Shown: piece by piece, positions 19,426 through 29,008 of the stretch
How the letters are laid out: the number at the start of each line of letters is the position of its first letter
How positions within the stretch are numbered: position 1 is the first letter of the stretch
From: an uncultured Spirochaetota bacterium
Lineage (GTDB): Bacteria; Spirochaetota; UBA4802; UBA5550
NCBI GenBank assembly: GCA_963827275.1
Contig: CAWHAA010000005.1
Span: 672,001-736,000 of the forward strand
Reading direction: 5' to 3'
Length of the DNA: 64,000 nucleotides
Program-made: the position numbers and the translations under genes
Notes under the pieces: generated by a model
Told to the model about the DNA's origin: nothing
The model's database searches: none
Seen by the model: only the letters and a program-made list of their open reading frames with translations

Positions 19426-20475
19426 ATGAACAGCGGGATACCGGACGCCATACGCGAGGCCATAGAGCATGACCTTCTCGGCATCGAGGTGACCACGCGG
19501 TGCAACAGCGCGTGCTCCCACTGCTTCGCCCGCGCCGGCAGGACCGGCGCGCGTGAGCTTTCCGCCGATACGGTCGCGGCGATCGCCGCCGAGGGATGGC
19601 AGCTCGGGTACCGCGCCCTGCACCTCACCGGCGGAGAGCCGCTCCTCTGGGGGCCGCCCGGAGGCTGCATCGAGCGCGTGCTCGAACTCGGGTACGAGCG
19701 GGTCTTCATCAACACCAACGGCACCCTCCTCACCGGGGAGAAGGCCCGGGCCCTGGCCGGGTTCGGGGGGCGGATCACGATCTCCATCAGCCTGCAGGGA
19801 CCGGAGGAGCTGCACGACTCCGTGCGGGGCCGCGGCTCATTCCGCGCGGCAATCGCGGGTCTTGAACAGGCACTGGCTGCCGGGCTCACCGTGAGTATTT
19901 TCACCTCAGTGGGGAAACGCCTTGTCCCGCAGCTCCCCCGTTTCGCTGAATTCCTGTTCAGGGAGTACCCCGGGATACAGGACCTCACCCTCATACAGCT
20001 TATCCGCGTGCCCGGCGACGCCATCGACCTGTCCGGAGAGCTCCTTGCGCCCGGGGACTTCATCGCCATGGTGCGCGCGGCGGCCCTGCTGAACCTGTAT
20101 GGCTGCCGCGTGAACGTGCTCCAGAACCCCCTCGCGGTGGCCGTGTCCCGGGCCATGGGCATGCCCTGGCTCGCGCCCGCGCCCCACCTGCACCGGGGCG
20201 GCGGCGTCATCGTCATGGCGGACCTGAGCATCACCCTTGCCCATTCCACGCGGGAATCGTTCGGCGCCTATGCGCCGGGCATGCTGGGCACGGTGCTTGC
20301 CTCACCGGAGTACCTGGAAGCGGTTGCGCCTGACGACAATGCCTGCGCCGGGTGCGGGTTTCTGGCCATTTGCAGGGAAAACGGCATGCTCCAGCCATCG
20401 GAGTGGTTCAGAAGCATGGGGTCAGAGTACTTTTGCCGGGAGGTGCTCGCTCTTGCCGGTTCGGGGTCAGAGTAA
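19426..20475 (+). CDS. Radical SAM protein with a partial SPASM-type C-terminal domain
   Basis: EVTTRCNSACSHC, LTGGEPLL, INTNGTLL, ISLQG...HDSVRGRGSF; C-terminal CAGCGFLAIC...YFC. Confidence 0.88.
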   Translation: MNSGIPDAIREAIEHDLLGIEVTTRCNSACSHCFARAGRTGARELSADTVAAIAAEGWQLGYRALHLTGGEPLLWGPPGGCIERVLELGYERVFINTNGTLLTGEKARALAGFGGRITISISLQGPEELHDSVRGRGSFRAAIAGLEQALAAGLTVSIFTSVGKRLVPQLPRFAEFLFREYPGIQDLTLIQLIRVPGDAIDLSGELLAPGDFIAMVRAAALLNLYGCRVNVLQNPLAVAVSRAMGMPWLAPAPHLHRGGGVIVMADLSITLAHSTRESFGAYAPGMLGTVLASPEYLEAVAPDDNACAGCGFLAICRENGMLQPSEWFRSMGSEYFCREVLALAGSGSE

Positions 20476-20615
20476 AAGGGGCTGTCTACCGATAACTATC
20501 GGCCGTGAAGTGGGGGGTCAGAGCAAGCCGGTTACCGATAACTATCGGCCTCCCGGGGGGTCAGAGTAAATCCACTACCGATAACTATCGGTCCTCCACG
20601 GGGGTCAGAGTAAGG
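20418..20615 (+). repeat. Second array of the same repeat family (five heads, three palindromic cores)
   Basis: GGGGTCAGAG heads at 20418, 20463, 20514, 20557 and 20601; ACCGATAACTATCGG cores at 20488, 20534 and 20577; same orientation as the 12074 array. Confidence 0.95.
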
Positions 20616-21083
20616 CTACTGCATCTTCAGGTGCCTGATCACTTCCTCGATATCGGGGATTTCAGGGATTTCGTAGACCCTGATCCAGTCGATCTTCCCG
20701 TCCTCATCAACAAGTATATTCGCCCTGCCGGATATCCCCGCCTTTTCAATGAAAAGGCCGTATTTCTTCGCCATGTCCCCGTGCGGCCAGAAGTCGGAGA
20801 GGATGTCGGTGTTTTCCAGCTCGAGGTACTCGGACCATTCCTTCTTGCAGGGCACGCTGTCGACGCTGATACCCAGCGCCACGGTATTGAGCTTTTCGAG
20901 GTCGGCGTGTTTCGCTTCAAGGCTCCGCATCTGTATCTCGCACACCGACGTCCACGCCAGGGGATGAAACGAGATGAGCAGCTTCTTCCCCTTAAAAGAC
21001 GATAATGATATCTCCTGCCCGTACTGGTTTTTCAGCGTAAAATCAGGGGCCGCATCGCCAACCTTTAATTGTATCTCTCTCAT
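20616..21083 (-). CDS. Peroxiredoxin (AhpC/TSA family, AhpE-like)
   Basis: LKVGDAAPDFTL, FHPLAWTSVC (PxxxTxxC), LSDFWPHG; GGAGG upstream of the ATG at 21083. Confidence 0.9.
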   Translation of the reverse strand: MREIQLKVGDAAPDFTLKNQYGQEISLSSFKGKKLLISFHPLAWTSVCEIQMRSLEAKHADLEKLNTVALGISVDSVPCKKEWSEYLELENTDILSDFWPHGDMAKKYGLFIEKAGISGRANILVDEDGKIDWIRVYEIPEIPDIEEVIRHLKMQ

Positions 21084-21266
21084 AAGCTGCCTCCATAGTA
21101 TGACAAATATAACAGATATTGTATAAAACATACAGAAAATTTGGTAAAGCGGCAAGAACTAATTAGAATTTAATTAAATTATAAAATTAACGGGATGCCG
21201 TTCCTGCCGGTGAAGTGACGGTGCGAGTGCCCAAATCTTCATGGCCCAAGTATAATTGTTGACACG

Positions 21267-21282
21267 ATGACATGTATGTCAT
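21267..21282. promoter_or_regulatory. Putative repressor operator upstream of the FGGY kinase-lyase operon
   Basis: Perfect 7-2-7 inverted repeat ATGACAT-GT-ATGTCAT between TTGACA and TATACT hexamers. Confidence 0.5.
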
Positions 21283-21354
21283 TTTATACTTAATCGGGCC
21301 GGGCGTATCACACTCACCGCATCACCATTCCCCGCCGGCACAACAGGGGGCGCT

Positions 21355-22947
21355 ATGTCGAACGGCAGACAGAAATATATCCTCGCTATCGACCTGGGCA
21401 CGTCAGGTCCAAAATCAGTCATCGTGTCAACCGACGGCGAAGTGGTCGACTCCGAGTTTCAGGAGGTCCACCTGCACATGTTCCCCGGGGGCGGGGCGGA
21501 GCAGGACCCGGATGAATGGTGGAGCACCATCATGGCCACGGCAAAAACAGTGCTGGCGCGCAGCAGGATCGCTCCCGGCGACATCGCGGCGGTATCCTGC
21601 ACCACGCAATGGTCCGGCACGGTGGCGGTGGATGAAAACGGCCATCACCTCATGAACGCCATCATCTGGCTGGACACCCGCGGCCACCAGGAAACACGAA
21701 AGGTAGTGAAAGGAATCGTCAATATAGAAGGGATGGGGCTGCTCAAGGCAACCAGATGGGTGTGGCTCACGGGCGGCATCCCCAGCCCTGCGGGCAAGGA
21801 CCCCTTCTGTCACATCCTCTACATCCGGAACGAGCACCCGGACATATACCGGAAGACCTATAAGTTCCTGGAGCCGAAGGACTACATCAACCTTCGCTTC
21901 ACCGGGAAGTTCTTCGCCTCGTATGACTCCATCGCCCTCCACTGGGTCACGAACAACCGGAACATCAACAACGTCTTCTACGGGAAAAAGCTGATCAAGT
22001 GGTCGACCATCGACCCCGCCAAGCTCCCTGACCTGAAGCGGGCGGTTGATATCTGCGGACCCATCAGGCCGGAGATCGCAGACGAGCTGGGTCTCCCCCG
22101 GGGCCTGCCGGTGGTCATGGGGTGCCCCGACATCCACTCCGCCGCCATCGGCTCCGGCGCGGTAAAGGACTTCGAGGGCCATATCTATATCGGCACGTCA
22201 TCCTGGATCATCTGCCACGTGCCCTTCAAAAAGACGGACATCTTCCATAATTTCGCCTCGCTCCCCTCGGCCCTGCCCGGAAGGTACCTGGTCTCGAACG
22301 AACAGGAGACTGCCGGAAAGTGCCTCATGTATTTAAGAGACAACCTTCTCTATTGCAAGGACGGGCTTTCCGGCGCAGCCGCACCGGATGACATTTACCG
22401 GAGATTCGACGCCGTCGTCGCAGACGCCCCCGCAGGGAGCAACAAGATGATATTCACCCCCTGGCTTTTCGGCGAGCGCACTCCGGCGGAGAACGAATCG
22501 GTGCGGGGAGCCTTCCTGAACCTTTCCCTCGACACCAACAGGGCCTGCATGATACGGTCCGTGTACGAGGGCGTGGCCTTCAACAACCGCTGGCTCATGG
22601 GCTTCATAGAAAAATTCAACCGGAGGAAGTTTCCGTACCTCAACTTTATCGGCGGCGGCGCGAACTCCGACGTCTGGAGCCAGATACTGGCGGACGTGCT
22701 CGACCGCAAGATCAGGCAGGTAAAGGACCCCATCGTCGCCAACGCACGGGGCGCCGCCTTCCTCGCCTCCATCGCGCTCGGGTACCTGACCATCGACCAG
22801 GTGTCGGAGCGGATAGCGATCAAAAAAGAATACGAGCCGAACCCTGAAAACAGGAAGGTTTACGACGAGCTCTTCGGGGAATTCGTGAATTTCTATCATA
22901 CGGTAAAAAAGATATACCGGCGGCTGAACAAAAGGGATGATCAATAA
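21355..22947 (+). CDS. FGGY-family carbohydrate kinase (xylulokinase-like)
   Basis: [55 protein letters not shown]. Confidence 0.9.
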   Translation: MSNGRQKYILAIDLGTSGPKSVIVSTDGEVVDSEFQEVHLHMFPGGGAEQDPDEWWSTIMATAKTVLARSRIAPGDIAAVSCTTQWSGTVAVDENGHHLMNAIIWLDTRGHQETRKVVKGIVNIEGMGLLKATRWVWLTGGIPSPAGKDPFCHILYIRNEHPDIYRKTYKFLEPKDYINLRFTGKFFASYDSIALHWVTNNRNINNVFYGKKLIKWSTIDPAKLPDLKRAVDICGPIRPEIADELGLPRGLPVVMGCPDIHSAAIGSGAVKDFEGHIYIGTSSWIICHVPFKKTDIFHNFASLPSALPGRYLVSNEQETAGKCLMYLRDNLLYCKDGLSGAAAPDDIYRRFDAVVADAPAGSNKMIFTPWLFGERTPAENESVRGAFLNLSLDTNRACMIRSVYEGVAFNNRWLMGFIEKFNRRKFPYLNFIGGGANSDVWSQILADVLDRKIRQVKDPIVANARGAAFLASIALGYLTIDQVSERIAIKKEYEPNPENRKVYDELFGEFVNFYHTVKKIYRRLNKRDDQ

Positions 22948-22961
22948 AACGGAGCGTTCAC

Positions 22962-24473
22962 ATGGACATCAACACGATCGAACAATATTTAAAGCGCTTT
23001 GATCCGCGCATCGTCGCGTTCGCGCTGAAGATAATAAAGAAGGTCCCGTATTTCAGACTCATGATCAAGCGGATGGTGGCGAAAGAGGCCGCCGGGATAA
23101 TGGAGGAGCTGGAGGGCTCGCTCAAGCCTTACCGGGGCGCCTACCCCGCCTATGCCGCCCTGCCGTCAACGGGACGGCCCCGCACGGAGATACTCAGGCT
23201 GATGGAACAGCTGAAAAAACGCGAGGAGGGCAAGTGGGAGAAGGGCTTCGTGTCAGGCGCGGTGTACCACGGCGACCGGGACCACATCGAGTTTCTGAAC
23301 CGCGTTTACGCGGTGAATTCCCAGAGCAACCCGCTCCACTCCGACGTGTGGCCCAGCATCGCCAAGTACGAGGCGGAGATCGTCTCCATGACCGCCGCCA
23401 TGCTGGGCGCCGGCGACGCCGGCATCTGCGGCACGGTCACCTCGGGCGGCACCGAGAGCATCCTGCTCGCCATGAAAGCCTACCGTGACCGCGCCCGGGC
23501 GGAGCGGGGCATCCGCCGGCCGGAGATGATCGTGCCGGTGACGGTCCACGCCGCCTTCGACAAGGCGGCCCAGTACTTCAACATAAAAATGGTAAAGGTG
23601 CCGGTGGACGGCATGCTCAGGGCCGACGTGGGCGCCGTGCGGAAGGCGATCACCCGCCGCACCATCGTGATCGTCGGCTCCGCGCCCTCGTTCCCGCACG
23701 GCATGGTGGACCCGATCGAGGAGCTTTCCGGGCTGGCCCTGGAAAAAGGCATCGGCTTCCACACCGACGCGTGCCTGGGCGGCTTTATCCTTCCCTGGCT
23801 CGCGAAGCTCGGCCGCACGGTCCCCGCCTTCGATTTCCGCCTCCCGGGCGTGACCTCGATCTCGGCCGACACCCACAAGTACGGGTACGCGGCCAAGGGG
23901 ACCTCGGTGGTGCTCTACCGCGACCCGGAGCTCCGCCACTACCAGTTCTACAAGACGACCGAATGGCCCGGCGGCCTCTACTTCTCCCCTACCTTCGCCG
24001 GGAGCAGGCCCGGGGCCCTCTCCGCATCCTGCTGGGCCGCGATGGTGTCGCTGGGCGAAAAGGGCTACACCGACGCGGCGCGCCGCATCATCACGACCGC
24101 GGACAAAATAAAGGAGGGCGTCGCGGCAATCCCGGGGCTCCGCATCATGGGAGACCCGCTCTGGGTCATCGCCTTCGCCTCCGATGAATTCAACATCTAC
24201 CGCGTCATGGACTTCATGGCGCACCGGGGCTGGAGCCTGAACGGGCTCCACAAACCTTCGTGCGTGCACCTCTGCGTCACCCTGCGCCACACCAGGCCCG
24301 GCGTTGCCGGCCGTTTTATCAAGGACCTGAAAGCCGGGGTGGAGTACGTGAAAAAAAATCCGGGTGAAAAGGGGTCCATGGCGCCGGTGTACGGCCTGGC
24401 GGCGACCTTCCCGGACCGCGCCGCCGTGTCGGACATCTTGGATGCATACCTGGACACGCTGTATAAAGTATGA
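22962..24473 (+). CDS. PLP-dependent sphingosine-1-phosphate lyase-like enzyme
   Basis: [63 protein letters not shown]. Confidence 0.88.
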   Translation: MDINTIEQYLKRFDPRIVAFALKIIKKVPYFRLMIKRMVAKEAAGIMEELEGSLKPYRGAYPAYAALPSTGRPRTEILRLMEQLKKREEGKWEKGFVSGAVYHGDRDHIEFLNRVYAVNSQSNPLHSDVWPSIAKYEAEIVSMTAAMLGAGDAGICGTVTSGGTESILLAMKAYRDRARAERGIRRPEMIVPVTVHAAFDKAAQYFNIKMVKVPVDGMLRADVGAVRKAITRRTIVIVGSAPSFPHGMVDPIEELSGLALEKGIGFHTDACLGGFILPWLAKLGRTVPAFDFRLPGVTSISADTHKYGYAAKGTSVVLYRDPELRHYQFYKTTEWPGGLYFSPTFAGSRPGALSASCWAAMVSLGEKGYTDAARRIITTADKIKEGVAAIPGLRIMGDPLWVIAFASDEFNIYRVMDFMAHRGWSLNGLHKPSCVHLCVTLRHTRPGVAGRFIKDLKAGVEYVKKNPGEKGSMAPVYGLAATFPDRAAVSDILDAYLDTLYKV

Positions 24474-24663
24474 CCGGGCTGATCAGGATGCCTCCTGATC
24501 AGCATGAAACAAGTCCGGATCATATTTTAACAATTAAATATTTCTTGCTAAATACTGCGCCGTTTTTTTACATACCAAACCGGCACTGGATCGGACTGAC
24601 GGATATGACCCCGGAAGCCCCGTATCCATGCCATCCAGACAGAAGAACAGCGAGGATAATATC

Positions 24664-25737
24664 ATGAAGATCGGCATCATGGGCCTGCCGCAGTCAGGCA
24701 GGCGTACGGTATATGCGCTTCTCACCGGCGGCGACGGCACGCCGGCGCACGCTGACGGCAAAGAGCAGGTGGTGGGCATCGCGCCGGTGCTCGACCCGCG
24801 CTTTGACGACCTGGTTTCGCGCTACCACCCGAAGAAGGAGACGCGCGCGCGGATCACCGTAGAGCTCATCCCCTCCCTGGAGGAAAACGCGGTGAAGGAA
24901 GGCGCAATCTTCAGGGACATCGCCGGCACGGACGCGCTCTGCCTGGTGGCGCGGGACTTCAAAGACGACAGTGTGTACCACGCACGGGGGAGCGTTGACG
25001 CCCTCCGCGACATCGACTCGGTGATGTCGGAGCTCGTGCTCCACGACCTCATCCTGATAGAGAAACGCCTCGAGAGGATCGCCGAGGCGAAGAAGCGGGG
25101 CAAGGACGACCAGGGGCAGAAGGAGGAGCCGCTCTTCATCAAAATGCGCGAGCATTTAGAGAATGACCTCCCCCTCCGCGTCATGGAGATTTCCCCTGAA
25201 GAGAGAAAGCTCCTGACCGGCTACTCCTTCATCACCATGAAGGAGATGATCGTCGCCCTGAACGCGGGCGAGTCGGCCATAGCGGACACGGCGCTGGCGA
25301 AAAAGGCGGAGGAGAAGTACCGCGGCAGGGCCGTCACCTTCGTGCGGCTCTCGGCGCGCCTGGAGGCGGAGATCGCGGCGCTCGACTCCGATGAGGACCG
25401 GGCCGCGTTCATGAAGGAGGCGGGCATCGCCGAACCGGCGCTCGCCCTGCTGACCAGGACCCTCATGGCGTCGCTGGGGCTGATCTCGTTCTTCACGGTG
25501 GGCGAGGACGAGGTGCGCCAGTGGATGATACGGCGCGGGTCGAGCGCCCCCGAGGCCGCGGGCGCGATCCACAGCGACATCCAGCGCGGCTTCATCCGCG
25601 CGGAGGTGCTGAAATACGACGACCTGTGCGCCCTCGGCTCGGAGGATGCGGTGAAGAAGGCGGGCAGGCAGCACGTCATGGGAAAAGAGTACATCGTCGA
25701 GGACGGCGACATCATCAACTTCAGGTTCAACGTATAG
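24664..25737 (+). CDS. ychF: YchF/OLA1-family protein with degenerate NTP-binding motifs
   Basis: C-terminal FFTVGEDEVRQW...AAGAIHSDIQRGFIRAEV...GKEYIVEDGDIINFRFNV (TGS domain); N-terminal GIMGLPQSGRRT. Confidence 0.8.
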   Translation: MKIGIMGLPQSGRRTVYALLTGGDGTPAHADGKEQVVGIAPVLDPRFDDLVSRYHPKKETRARITVELIPSLEENAVKEGAIFRDIAGTDALCLVARDFKDDSVYHARGSVDALRDIDSVMSELVLHDLILIEKRLERIAEAKKRGKDDQGQKEEPLFIKMREHLENDLPLRVMEISPEERKLLTGYSFITMKEMIVALNAGESAIADTALAKKAEEKYRGRAVTFVRLSARLEAEIAALDSDEDRAAFMKEAGIAEPALALLTRTLMASLGLISFFTVGEDEVRQWMIRRGSSAPEAAGAIHSDIQRGFIRAEVLKYDDLCALGSEDAVKKAGRQHVMGKEYIVEDGDIINFRFNV

Positions 25738-25752
25738 AGACGGCGCTCCGGG

Positions 25753-26377
25753 CTAATCGCAGCGCGTGAACACCAGGTCCGCGCTCGCCGTGCCGCCCTC
25801 TTTGAACGCGCACTTCAGCGAGAGGCTCCCTTCGACCAGCGCGGATTTCGTTTACCAGCATGCCGGTCCGAGACACCGAGAGCTTGAACTTCTCGCACTG
25901 GGACGGCACAATCTCCACGACCCTGCATTTTTCATAATCGGGCGGCTCGCAGCTCCCCGGCACCTCCACCTTGACGATCTTGCCGCGCACCGCGTCCTCG
26001 ATCACCAGGATGGCGCCGTCCTGCTCTCCCTTGCCCAGGAGCGCCGCGCCGAAAAAGCTCATGCGCTGGCCGGAGCGGCACTGCGCGGGCGTGAAGGTGA
26101 AGTCCCCGAGCGGCGCGCCTGCCGCGGTGAAGGACCCTTCTATGGACGAACATCCCTTGAAGCCGAACATGTACACCGCCCCGGCCACCAGCGCCACATT
26201 CGCGAGGGCGATGACACCGACCATTCCCTTCTTCTTCTGTTTCATCGGGCCGGCCGGCCCTCCCGCCGCAGCAGGCACCGGTCCGGTCACCGGTACCGCG
26301 GCAAGGTCCTTGCCGCACATCCGGCAGAAGCGGTCGGTATCATCGGCCTTTGCCCCGCAATTCGGACAATATCCCAT
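25753..26377 (-). CDS. Zinc-ribbon membrane protein with a Cys-containing extracytoplasmic domain; frameshift near 25842
   Basis: YCPNCG...FCRMCG, then a TM helix; the shifted frame reads LVEGSLSLKCAFKEGGTASADLVFTRCD-stop and avoids the overlap with ychF. Confidence 0.65.
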
Positions 26378-26414
26378 ATCCCACCCCCTTGTTGATCAAC
26401 ATGTTATTAACGCC

Positions 26415-26774
26415 TCATGCCTGCGGCGTGTCGCTCTTTTCTTCCCGCTTCTCGTCCTTCTTCTCTTCTTTATCCTTGTAACAGTACCTGCACCCGTGTA
26501 TCAGGATCTTCTTCTTCCCGTTCTCCTCGGTCTCGGACGCGTACAGGGCCTCGTATTTCGAGAGCTCCTTGCCGCACAGGGGGCAGAGCCTGGTCCCCGG
26601 CGCGCGCTTCACGCTGAAATAATCGATCCGCTCCGGATTAACGGACGGCTCCGGCGGCTTCTTTCCCGCGCGCAGCTCCTTCAGCTTCTCCTTCCCCGTC
26701 TGGAACGAGGAGTAAAGATAGATGAACACCGTGGCGCCGATCAGCAGCCCTATGAGGTAAAGGATTTCCGACAT
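26415..26774 (-). CDS. Small membrane-anchored protein with CxxC...CxxC
   Basis: N-terminal TM (MSEILYLIGLL...), CPLCG and GCRYC. Confidence 0.7.
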   Translation of the reverse strand: MSEILYLIGLLIGATVFIYLYSSFQTGKEKLKELRAGKKPPEPSVNPERIDYFSVKRAPGTRLCPLCGKELSKYEALYASETEENGKKKILIHGCRYCYKDKEEKKDEKREEKSDTPQA

Positions 26775-27496
26775 CAGGCCCTCTCGGTTATGAAATTTAT
26801 CATGATGGTATCGTCCCGCGGCGGGCCGAAGGTGTAGTCGCCGCACACGTCCCGCACGGCGAGCCCCGCATCGGCGAGGAGCCCGCGGATCTCGTCCGCG
26901 GAGTAGATCCGCTGCACATGCTCCTCCTCGGAGACCGCGCCGCCGCGGTCAAGGCGCAGTGTCGAGGTGATCAGCTTCGTTTCGGCATCATAGCGGTTGC
27001 CCCACTCGATGGAGCCGTTCCGTATCCTGCTCTTCGTGGTCTTCCCGTCGAAGTTGCGGTAGATGTTGTGCTCCGTGGTGATATCGAACATGAAAACGCT
27101 CTCCCCGTGCATGGCGTCCCGCACGCAGCGGAACATGTTAACAATATCGGAATATTCAAGCAGATAATTCACGGTGTCGTGCACCGAAAAGATGAAATCG
27201 ACCGGCGCCGCCAGGCGAAACGTGGTGATATCGGCGCAGAAGATCCGGAAGTTCATGAACGCCCGCTCCTTCGCGACGCGGAGCATGTCGAGCGACCGGT
27301 CAACGCCGTACACGGTGTAGCCGTCGCCCGAGAATTTCGCGCCGAAGCGTCCGGTGCCGCACCCGAGCTCAAGTATGCTCCCGCGGCGCGGCGCGTGGCG
27401 CTCCATCACGGCGAGGAGGTACTCGTACCACTCCTGGTAATCGACATGGCGCAGGATGGTGTCGTAGTACGGCGCTATGACGCTGTAGGGTTCCAT
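26774..27496 (-). CDS. Class I SAM-dependent methyltransferase
   Basis: YSVIAPYYD, ILELGCGTG, GVDRSLDML. Confidence 0.88.
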   Translation of the reverse strand: MEPYSVIAPYYDTILRHVDYQEWYEYLLAVMERHAPRRGSILELGCGTGRFGAKFSGDGYTVYGVDRSLDMLRVAKERAFMNFRIFCADITTFRLAAPVDFIFSVHDTVNYLLEYSDIVNMFRCVRDAMHGESVFMFDITTEHNIYRNFDGKTTKSRIRNGSIEWGNRYDAETKLITSTLRLDRGGAVSEEEHVQRIYSADEIRGLLADAGLAVRDVCGDYTFGPPRDDTIMINFITERA

Positions 27497-27512
27497 GCCG
27501 CCCGTGGTCCCG

Positions 27513-28172
27513 CTACATCGCGAATTCGAGCATATACTGGTTGGGAAGGAACCCGTGGTTTTTGATGAAACGGTACCCCGCGTTTGAAAATTCTTCAATC
27601 ACCCGGCGATCCTCCAGCTTGAAGGCCGCGGGCGGCCCGCCTTTTGAATTCTTCCGGTAATCGACGATGACCACGCGGCCGTCCTTCTTCAGCGCCGGCT
27701 TCAGGCGTGACAGGTAGGCGGCCCTGTTGTCCATGTGGTGATAGGTATTGCAGATGAAGACCATGTCAAACGGCAATTTCCCCAGGTCAGGCAGGTCCGG
27801 GGATATGAGCAGCGCACGGTAATTTCCGATCTTTCTTTTTGCCGCGTCTTCCTTCATGTAAGCGACCATGCCCGGGTCCACGTCGTAACCGACCGCCTCG
27901 CCCCCGGGCGCTACGGCCGCGGCGAACCGCCGCGTGAAGTACCCGCTGCCGGCCCCGATATCCGCGACGCGCTGGCCCTTTTTCAGGCCGAGCGCCCTGA
28001 TTATCTCGTCCGGCTTCTGCCACTCGCCGCGGTCCGGCGCTTCAAACATTCGTACATAATATCCGGTGTCCTTTTTTGTGCCCTGTTTTTCATCCTCCAC
28101 CATCGAGCCCCTGTCGCAGCCGCCACCTGACACAATGATGGAAAAGCACAGGAACGCAATCATCCGCCGCAT
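27513..28172 (-). CDS. Exported or lipoprotein SAM-dependent methyltransferase
   Basis: Signal peptide ending GGGC; WQKPDEII, VADIGAGSGYF, NTYHH. Confidence 0.85.
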   Translation of the reverse strand: MRRMIAFLCFSIIVSGGGCDRGSMVEDEKQGTKKDTGYYVRMFEAPDRGEWQKPDEIIRALGLKKGQRVADIGAGSGYFTRRFAAAVAPGGEAVGYDVDPGMVAYMKEDAAKRKIGNYRALLISPDLPDLGKLPFDMVFICNTYHHMDNRAAYLSRLKPALKKDGRVVIVDYRKNSKGGPPAAFKLEDRRVIEEFSNAGYRFIKNHGFLPNQYMLEFAM

Positions 28173-28400
28173 GCCGTCCTCCTTTTTATACAACAGTTGT
28201 GATGATGCTGACGCCATCGGCGAGGATGTCAACGAAGAAATCATCCGTTACGCGCCGCGCGCCGGTACAATCTGTCACAATCCCGATTTTTTTCTTGCTT
28301 TATATGCGGTTTTTATTATTTTGATATAGACCGGCGGCGGATGTAACATTCAGCCGCCTCCTTAACCATACTCATACGTACTATCAACCGGGAGGAATCG

Positions 28401-28994
28401 ATGAACAAAAGATTGTCAATAGTGGCATCCATAATGGTACTCGCCGTCATGACGGCAACGGGCTGCGGGTATAATACAATGCAGAAGCAGGAAGAAGAGG
28501 TGTTCCAGGCATGGGGCGACCTTGAATCAGCGCTCCAGCGGAGGGCCGACCTGATCCCGAACCTGGTGCAGACGGTCAAGGGATACGCGAAGCATGAGAA
28601 GGACACCCTCACCGCCGTCATAGAAGCGCGCGCCAAGGCCACGTCGATCCAGGTCAATCCCAAGGACCTCGGCAACGTCGAAGCACTCCAGAAGTTCCAG
28701 CAGGCGCAGGGACAGCTCTCGACGGCACTCGGGCGCCTGATGGTGGTGGTGGAGCGGTACCCGGACCTCAAGGCGAACGAACAGTTCCGGGACCTTATGC
28801 ACCAGCTCGAAGGAACGGAGAACAGGATCAACGTCGCGCGGACCCGCTACAACGAGGCGGTGAAGAACTTCAACTTTTCGATCCGCAGCTTCCCCAACAG
28901 CCTGACGAACTCGATACTGCTCCACCTGGAGAAAAAAGAGTACTTCAAGGCTGACGAGGGGGCGAAAAAAGCGCCCGAAGTCAAGTTCGAGTGA
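28401..28994 (+). CDS. lemA: LemA family protein
   Basis: [33 protein letters not shown]. Confidence 0.95.
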   Translation: MNKRLSIVASIMVLAVMTATGCGYNTMQKQEEEVFQAWGDLESALQRRADLIPNLVQTVKGYAKHEKDTLTAVIEARAKATSIQVNPKDLGNVEALQKFQQAQGQLSTALGRLMVVVERYPDLKANEQFRDLMHQLEGTENRINVARTRYNEAVKNFNFSIRSFPNSLTNSILLHLEKKEYFKADEGAKKAPEVKFE

Positions 28995-29008
28995 CCGGGG
29001 AGCGGCCG

